DNA of 38,094 nucleotides from contig NMRA01000240.1 in assembly GCA_002633005.1 (NCBI GenBank), forward strand, positions 573,630-611,723, written 5' to 3'. This DNA is from Phoronis australis. Taxonomy: Eukaryota; Animalia; Phoronida. Of this stretch, positions 35,201 through 38,094 are shown piece after piece. The number at the start of each line of letters is the position of its first letter. Position 1 is the stretch's first letter. A model generated the notes under the pieces. That model made no database searches, had not been told where the DNA came from, and saw only the letters and a program-made list of their open reading frames with translations. Both the position numbers and the translations under genes were made by a program.

Positions 35201-38094
35201 ATGAAAGGTAAGTTAGTTTGATAAAAGCCCTTCTGAATACAATCCCTGATGAGAGAGGATTCATGAAAGACTATAAAATCCCTATCTACCTCTAGCGAGG
35301 ATTTGTAGGAGTGCATTCTCTGACTGACTTGTGCCTGTTTTTTTTCTTTTGTTTTTCATCTCCCTAGTATTTTGATTGTGAATCTGCTGAGTTTATCTAT
35401 AATGACCTTTGACATTTAAATTCCAGACTGAGAATGTAAGCCTCATGAGTTTTGTGTTTTGCTCTGCTCCTTGACATCTGTCTTCTGTGTTTGCTGTAAG
35501 AGAATTATGGACTTAGGTCAATATACATCTTCCAAAGCCTGTTAATTGGTTGAAAGGCTTTTTGAACTAATCTTAATATTGTAGAGAAAGTTGGTTAAAG
35601 CTTGTCAGATGACAAACTTATCCAATGAGTCTATAAATAAACCATTATATAAGTTGGGCTACATGTTTTATGAATTTCTCTCCAAAGGTGAATGTGATCT
35701 TGGTGAATTCTCCTTTGATGGTTTCCTGCCTTGTAACAAGTGTCCTCGGGGTTATTACCAGTCAACTGTTGGCCAATCACAGTGTATCGAATGCTCGTTG
35801 AAGAATCAGACAACACTGAAAGTTGGCATGACCTCTCAGGACAACTGCACAGGTAGGCCTGTTATTATGGAAGGTTCATTCTGTAGCTACCAAAACAGTC
35901 TTGCTTATTCTTGTTTTACTACAGCCTTTTGAGTTTGATTACCAGGTGATACCCTATATGGTCAGATTCAGAGGAAGTTTTATATGTTAGATCACGTTGT
36001 TTAATGTCTTTGTTTCCTTTTAAGGTTAATTAAGTCAATTTTAGTGGATATGTATTGAATAATTAATATGACTAAGTTGACCATTGGTTTGCTTTTAAAC
36101 TCATGTGAATGATACGGTATGTATTTGTTATTTTTGAATGTTGTGTTTTTTATTTTAATCTATTTTACCAGAATTATGCGATGAACTATGTTTCAGAGCA
36201 AAACATGCAATGGGTGTGTCAGTGATATGTTTATGATGTGTTTGTGCACAATGGGTGTGTCAGTGATATGTTTATGATGTGCTTGTGCACAATGGGTGTG
36301 TCAGTGATATGTTTATGATGTGTTTGTGCACAATGGGTGTGTCAGTGAGATGCTTATGATGTGTTTGTGCGTGGAATGTTAGCAACATAGGTAGCTTTAT
36401 TGTGGTTTGAATTTTGTTACTTTCCAGATGTGTGTTCTTTGAGCTGTGGAAATGGTACATGCCACATCTTGAACCATGTCCCTGTCTGTATCTGTAGTGA
36501 AGGTGAGTCAAAATTTGACATGCATTTTACATGTTTGGGTCATTCAAGTATTTTGGCTATTACTATGTCAGCTTTGTCATCTTAGTGTTTGTAGTACAAT
36601 TCACACATCCTGACTTTAAAAGACATTGTGTGTTTGAATTAGTTTTCAAAAATAGGGCAACTTCAGATGCTCTTCTAAGCTAGTTTTGCCCAAAATGCAT
36701 AATTGGTTCTGTTTTTTTTTTTGAAAATCGAGTTGGTGTTGCAGTATATTTTTGTTGTTCCCTTTTTCAAGAGAGAAAGTCCACCCAAGACAAGCAAAAA
36801 TGATGTGAAGTTTGTTTTTTCTCATTGCTTTTACTCATCGCCTCCCTATCCTCCAAACTTCTTGAAGAATCATGATTAAAGGTGGCAGTTGAGGAGACTA
36901 TTTCTTATTTGCTTTGCACCCTATAGAAGCTATTTTAAGTTAACTCCATTTAGGGGACAGTTTTGAAATACTCATCTCTTGTATTTGCACACACTAGGTG
37001 CATATCAATGCTGCACACACTAGGTGCATATCAATGCTGCACACACTAGGTGCATATCAATGCTGCACACAGTAGGTGCATATCAATGCTGCACACACTA
37101 GGTGCATATCAATGCTGCACACACTAGGTGCATATCAATGCTGCACGCACTAGGTGCATATCAATGCTGCACACACTAGGTGCATATCAATGCTGCACAC
37201 ACTAGGTGCATATCAATGCTGCACACTGGTTTTATTGTTTCAACTGGCACACTATTGGTAAGAATTAATCAGGCAGGGTGCATTGAGTTCCACTGATGTC
37301 ACAGTTTTGTGTTGCTTTCTGAATTTATTACATTTGTGTGCATTTAATGACTTCCGACTTTAAGAGGGGATCCTGCCAAATTATTTGGACCCTTGCTTTC
37401 TAAGTGAACCTTTCATTTTGAGAGAAAACATAATGCTTAATCATTTCCATTTTCCACTGAAATGTTGGTTCCTGTAGTCTTATTTGTAAATGAAATATAT
37501 ATAACTGTCCTTTCAACTTAATTTCCTGTACTTTCAGGTTACACTGGCTCTCAATGTGACAAAATGATTGACTTCTGCGAGTCTTCCCCATGCTACCACA
37601 ATGGAACCTGCACACCCCTACTGAATGGTTTCAACTGTACATGTCTACCTGGAGGTAAAACAGACTTCCCATGCATTGTTGGAAAGTTATTTTACATAAT
37701 GGTTGACCATATATACACAGTATAAGACTTTGTGGTATGATATGTAGCAGTAGCAAGACTTGAAAGCTAGGAGACTGTGACAACCCATTTGCACGTTTAT
37801 TATTGATGATGTTTTTTAAGGAAAAAGTGCTTACTCAATGACTACTGATAATTTGTTTAAGTGTCCAAGAGGTGAGAATTAGTGTTGCTTATAAACAAGG
37901 ACTTTTTACATCCTTTGAAATTTACATCATTGCTTCACGTCTAACAATACCTAGTGACAAATTTACATTCATTGCTGATGTCTAACAGTACCTAGTGGCA
38001 GTACTGAAAAGCATGCATTTTTCTTTTACTTTTTTAGCTTCTGGTGACCGATGCGAGAATGATGAAAACAACTGTGTGAATCACACTTGTATGA
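9792..38094 (+). CDS. Uninflatable/SVEP1-like multidomain extracellular protein (CUB, PAN/Apple, Sushi, cbEGF, HYR, ephrin-receptor-like, EGF); partial gene, 28 exons traced
   Basis: Hand-traced exons with GT-AG borders and matching phases join into one open frame of 5,031 nt. The EGF exon with the long insert '[32 protein letters not shown]', and '[17 protein letters not shown]...CDRPGY', resemble Uif-family segments as I recall them. Orthology not tested. Confidence 0.88.
10042..10264 (+). CDS. Exon: CUB1 C-half (phase 0 to 1)
   Basis: tttcag|TTC...ACAG|gtcag; [15 protein letters not shown]...[22 protein letters not shown]. Confidence 0.92.
10528..10606. repeat. 18-bp minisatellite x4
   Basis: AATACACTACATTTGAGT. 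Confidence 0.93.
10859..10949 (-). ncRNA. Structured 3' UTR element with permuted hammerhead-like core and kink-turn consensus
   Basis: Five complementary helices found by eye, plus CUGAAGA, GUC and [A]AAA core segments (see findings). Confidence 0.55.
10950..13323 (-). CDS. Reverse transcriptase-CCHC-restriction-like endonuclease ORF, N-terminally truncated
   Basis: About 790 uninterrupted codons within ORF 10950..13373; the first ~17 codons of the listed ORF are flanking intron. Confidence 0.88.
13830..14088. repeat. ~53-bp diverged minisatellite x5
   Basis: GTGGTGTTATTCACCAAGTGTAGTCTTGCAAGGCCACGAATCACTTGTTAC-like units. Confidence 0.9.
14713..14967 (+). CDS. Exon: PAN/Apple domain (symmetric phase 1-1)
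   Basis: ttgtag|AT...GAATCAG|gtgag, 255 nt; DFECNMVAV...[18 protein letters not shown]...GSCELY...FVKSCP, six Cys in PAN/Apple spacing. Confidence 0.8.
15107..15228. repeat. 14-bp diverged minisatellite x~8
   Basis: GGTCATCTCTGTCT. Confidence 0.88.
15610..15720. repeat. Old dispersed repeat, homologous to ~22836-22935
   Basis: Shared GATGTTTATGAAATTTG.CAAATA.G ... ACCTTCCCATTTT..GAT in the same orientation. Confidence 0.65.
16214..16482. repeat. 65-bp minisatellite x4
   Basis: TTATGCAACAGCAACTCTGTAGTGTCGCTGTACTCGCAATACACTACACTCTGCAAAGTCCTTCA at 16214, 16279, 16344, 16409. Confidence 0.95.
17591..17736 (+). CDS. Exon: CUB2 N-half, cysteine-free (phase 1 to 0)
   Basis: tttcag|AT...CTCAAT|gtaag; [49 protein letters not shown]. 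Not in the ORF track. It is the only phase 1-0 CUB-like exon I found to pair with 18088. Confidence 0.85.
17708..17940. repeat. 33-bp minisatellite x7 overlapping an exon 3' end and splice donor
   Basis: GTATACCTACACAGGTCATAACACTCAATGTAA; the first unit is 29 nt exon plus GTAA. Confidence 0.95.
18088..18283 (+). CDS. Exon: CUB2 C-half (phase 0 to 1)
   Basis: ttctag|TTT...GTTG|gtaag; [17 protein letters not shown]...VYIYL...[10 protein letters not shown]. Confidence 0.9.
18437..18612 (+). CDS. Exon: CUB3 N-half (phase 1 to 0)
   Basis: caccag|GC...CTTGCA|gtaag; [31 protein letters not shown]...[13 protein letters not shown]. Confidence 0.9.
19640..19802 (+). CDS. Exon: CUB3 C-half, copy A (phase 0 to 1)
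   Basis: attcag|GTT...GTTG|gtatg; [13 protein letters not shown]...[21 protein letters not shown]. Duplicated at 20241. Confidence 0.75.
19839..20008. repeat. 34-bp minisatellite x5 (a single unit also at 19380)
   Basis: GAAACACGACACATGGGTGTACAACAGTCACTAT. Confidence 0.93.
20241..20403 (+). CDS. Exon: CUB3 C-half, copy B (phase 0 to 1)
   Basis: Same peptide as 19640-19802; differs only by synonymous changes (AAC/AAT, GGT/GGG, CAA/CAG). Confidence 0.75.
20629..20829 (+). CDS. Exon: Sushi/CCP 1
   Basis: ttacag|AT...GTTC|gtgag; DCPPL...VSCLSGYQF...CEKDGKWN...PRCV. Confidence 0.92.
21005..21169 (+). CDS. Exon: Sushi/CCP 2
   Basis: tttcag|CC...CTAC|gtatg; IRCGPLP...YKCDVGY...[14 protein letters not shown]. 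Confidence 0.92.
21503..21679 (+). CDS. Exon: Sushi/CCP 3
   Basis: tttcag|CT...AGAA|gtaag; [11 protein letters not shown]...[11 protein letters not shown]...[14 protein letters not shown]. Confidence 0.92.
21915..22088 (+). CDS. Exon: Sushi/CCP 4
   Basis: ttttag|AG...GAAG|gtaag; [11 protein letters not shown]...[11 protein letters not shown]...[14 protein letters not shown]. Confidence 0.92.
23197..23257. repeat. (CA)n microsatellite
   Basis: About 30 CA units. Confidence 0.97.
24224..24337 (+). CDS. Exon: calcium-binding EGF 1
   Basis: ttgtag|AT...ATTG|gtaag; [38 protein letters not shown]. Confidence 0.93.
24482..24673 (+). CDS. Exon: calcium-binding EGF 2 with long Uif-type insert
   Basis: tttcag|AC...GTTC|gtaag; [26 protein letters not shown]...[18 protein letters not shown]. 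Confidence 0.93.
25363..25554 (+). CDS. Exon: Sushi/CCP 5
   Basis: tttcag|CT...ATAG|gtaag; KQCPS...[15 protein letters not shown]...[14 protein letters not shown]. Confidence 0.92.
25934..26131 (+). CDS. Exon: divergent Sushi/CCP 6
   Basis: tttcag|CT...AATA|gtaag; AQCDGV...LNITCSKD...LTCGYD...KDCVN. Confidence 0.88.
26401..26492. repeat. 29-bp minisatellite x3
   Basis: CATGTTCGGCCATAGCAGGAAATCCAGGC. Confidence 0.94.
27276..27482 (+). CDS. Exon: Sushi/CCP 7 (divergent)
   Basis: ttacag|CC...ATTG|gtaag; LDCGMPSP...[17 protein letters not shown]. Confidence 0.9.
27662..27841 (+). CDS. Exon: Sushi/CCP 8
   Basis: ttgcag|GT...TATG|gtatg; EACKDPG...YKCDRPGY...[17 protein letters not shown]. Confidence 0.92.
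28111..28359 (+). CDS. Exon: HYR 1
   Basis: tttcag|AT...AAAG|gtatg; DAEKPVW...SDN...[22 protein letters not shown]. Confidence 0.9.
29333..29599 (+). CDS. Exon: HYR 2
   Basis: tgctag|AT...AAAC|gtaag; DETPPSLNC...ATDN...[20 protein letters not shown]. Confidence 0.92.
29767..29970 (+). CDS. Exon: Sushi/CCP 9
   Basis: ttgtag|CG...GTCC|gtaag; [18 protein letters not shown]...[12 protein letters not shown]...[19 protein letters not shown]. This frame is not in the ORF track. Confidence 0.9.
30320..30346. repeat. (GA)n microsatellite
   Basis: gagagacagagagagagagagagagag. Confidence 0.9.
31319..31515 (+). CDS. Exon: linker domain part 1 (phase 1 to 0)
   Basis: ttctag|CC...GCTGGG|gtaag; [14 protein letters not shown]...SVCNW...INTLCRP. 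Confidence 0.82.
32133..32418 (+). CDS. Exon: linker domain part 2 (phase 0 to 1)
   Basis: ccctag|AAG...TGTC|gtaag; [10 protein letters not shown]...QYCSAII...NCPGL...HFVCPDD...NQC. Confidence 0.85.
32693..32903. repeat. 41-bp minisatellite x5
   Basis: CCAGTGTATGGGTGGGCACAGGTAGCCTTCAGCACACAAGC. Confidence 0.94.
33056..33216. repeat. 12-bp minisatellite x13
   Basis: ACACAATGTACA. Confidence 0.96.
34071..34229 (+). CDS. Exon: ephrin-receptor-like (GCC2/GCC3) Cys repeat 1
   Basis: tttcag|TG...AAGG|gtaag; GCPPGTF...[36 protein letters not shown]. Confidence 0.92.
34547..34681 (+). mobile_element. Possible tRNA-derived SINE remnant
   Basis: B-box-like GAGTTCAAATCC (34570-34581) and a short AATGAATGAA tail; no A box found. 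Confidence 0.35.
34805..34966 (+). CDS. Exon: ephrin-receptor-like Cys repeat 2
   Basis: ttgaag|CT...CTTG|gtaag; [23 protein letters not shown]...CTKCP...GASNVSLCL. Confidence 0.88.
35688..35852 (+). CDS. Exon: ephrin-receptor-like Cys repeat 3
   Basis: ccaaag|GT...ACAG|gtagg; [35 protein letters not shown]...DNCT. Confidence 0.9.
36208..36370. repeat. 41-bp minisatellite x4
   Basis: CAATGGGTGTGTCAGTGATATGTTTATGATGTGTTTGTGCA. Confidence 0.94.
36428..36502 (+). CDS. Exon: EGF-like
   Basis: ttccag|AT...GAAG|gtgag; [25 protein letters not shown]. Confidence 0.9.
36987..37228. repeat. 26-bp minisatellite x9
   Basis: GCACACACTAGGTGCATATCAATGCT. Confidence 0.96.
37538..37654 (+). CDS. Exon: EGF-like
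   Basis: tttcag|GT...GGAG|gtaaa; [39 protein letters not shown]. Not in the ORF track. Confidence 0.92.
38038..38094 (+). CDS. Exon: EGF-like, truncated by window end
   Basis: ttttag|CT; [19 protein letters not shown]... Confidence 0.88.

Overview
Eukaryotic (animal) genomic DNA, AT-rich and intron-rich, with many minisatellites; probably a marine invertebrate or lophotrochozoan (inference from repeat style and gene content). The main feature is a large + strand multi-exon gene. I can trace 28 GT-AG exons with consistent phases from 9792 to the window end, about 5.0 kb CDS or about 1,680 aa; the 5' exons were not found and the 3' end runs off the window. Domain order is CUB-PAN/Apple-CUB-CUB-4xSushi-2xcbEGF-4xSushi-2xHYR-Sushi-linker-3x ephrin-receptor-like Cys repeats-EGFs, i.e. 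an Uninflatable (Uif)/SVEP1-like surface or matrix protein with an unexpected PAN/Apple exon and a cysteine-free CUB2. One intron holds a young, 5'-truncated antisense Hero-like (R2-group, RT plus restriction-like endonuclease) retrotransposon. Its 3' UTR holds the most unusual signal in the window: the hammerhead-ribozyme core segments in a permuted, pseudoknotted order, joined through a kink-turn consensus. This copy has A at the catalytic G12 position. Upstream are a P2X7-ballast/KolX-like fragment on a tiny contig, a decayed RNase H-bearing LINE and an 87-copy perfect 44-bp tandem array. Assembly gaps are at 1390, 2063-2429, 4394 and 19838.
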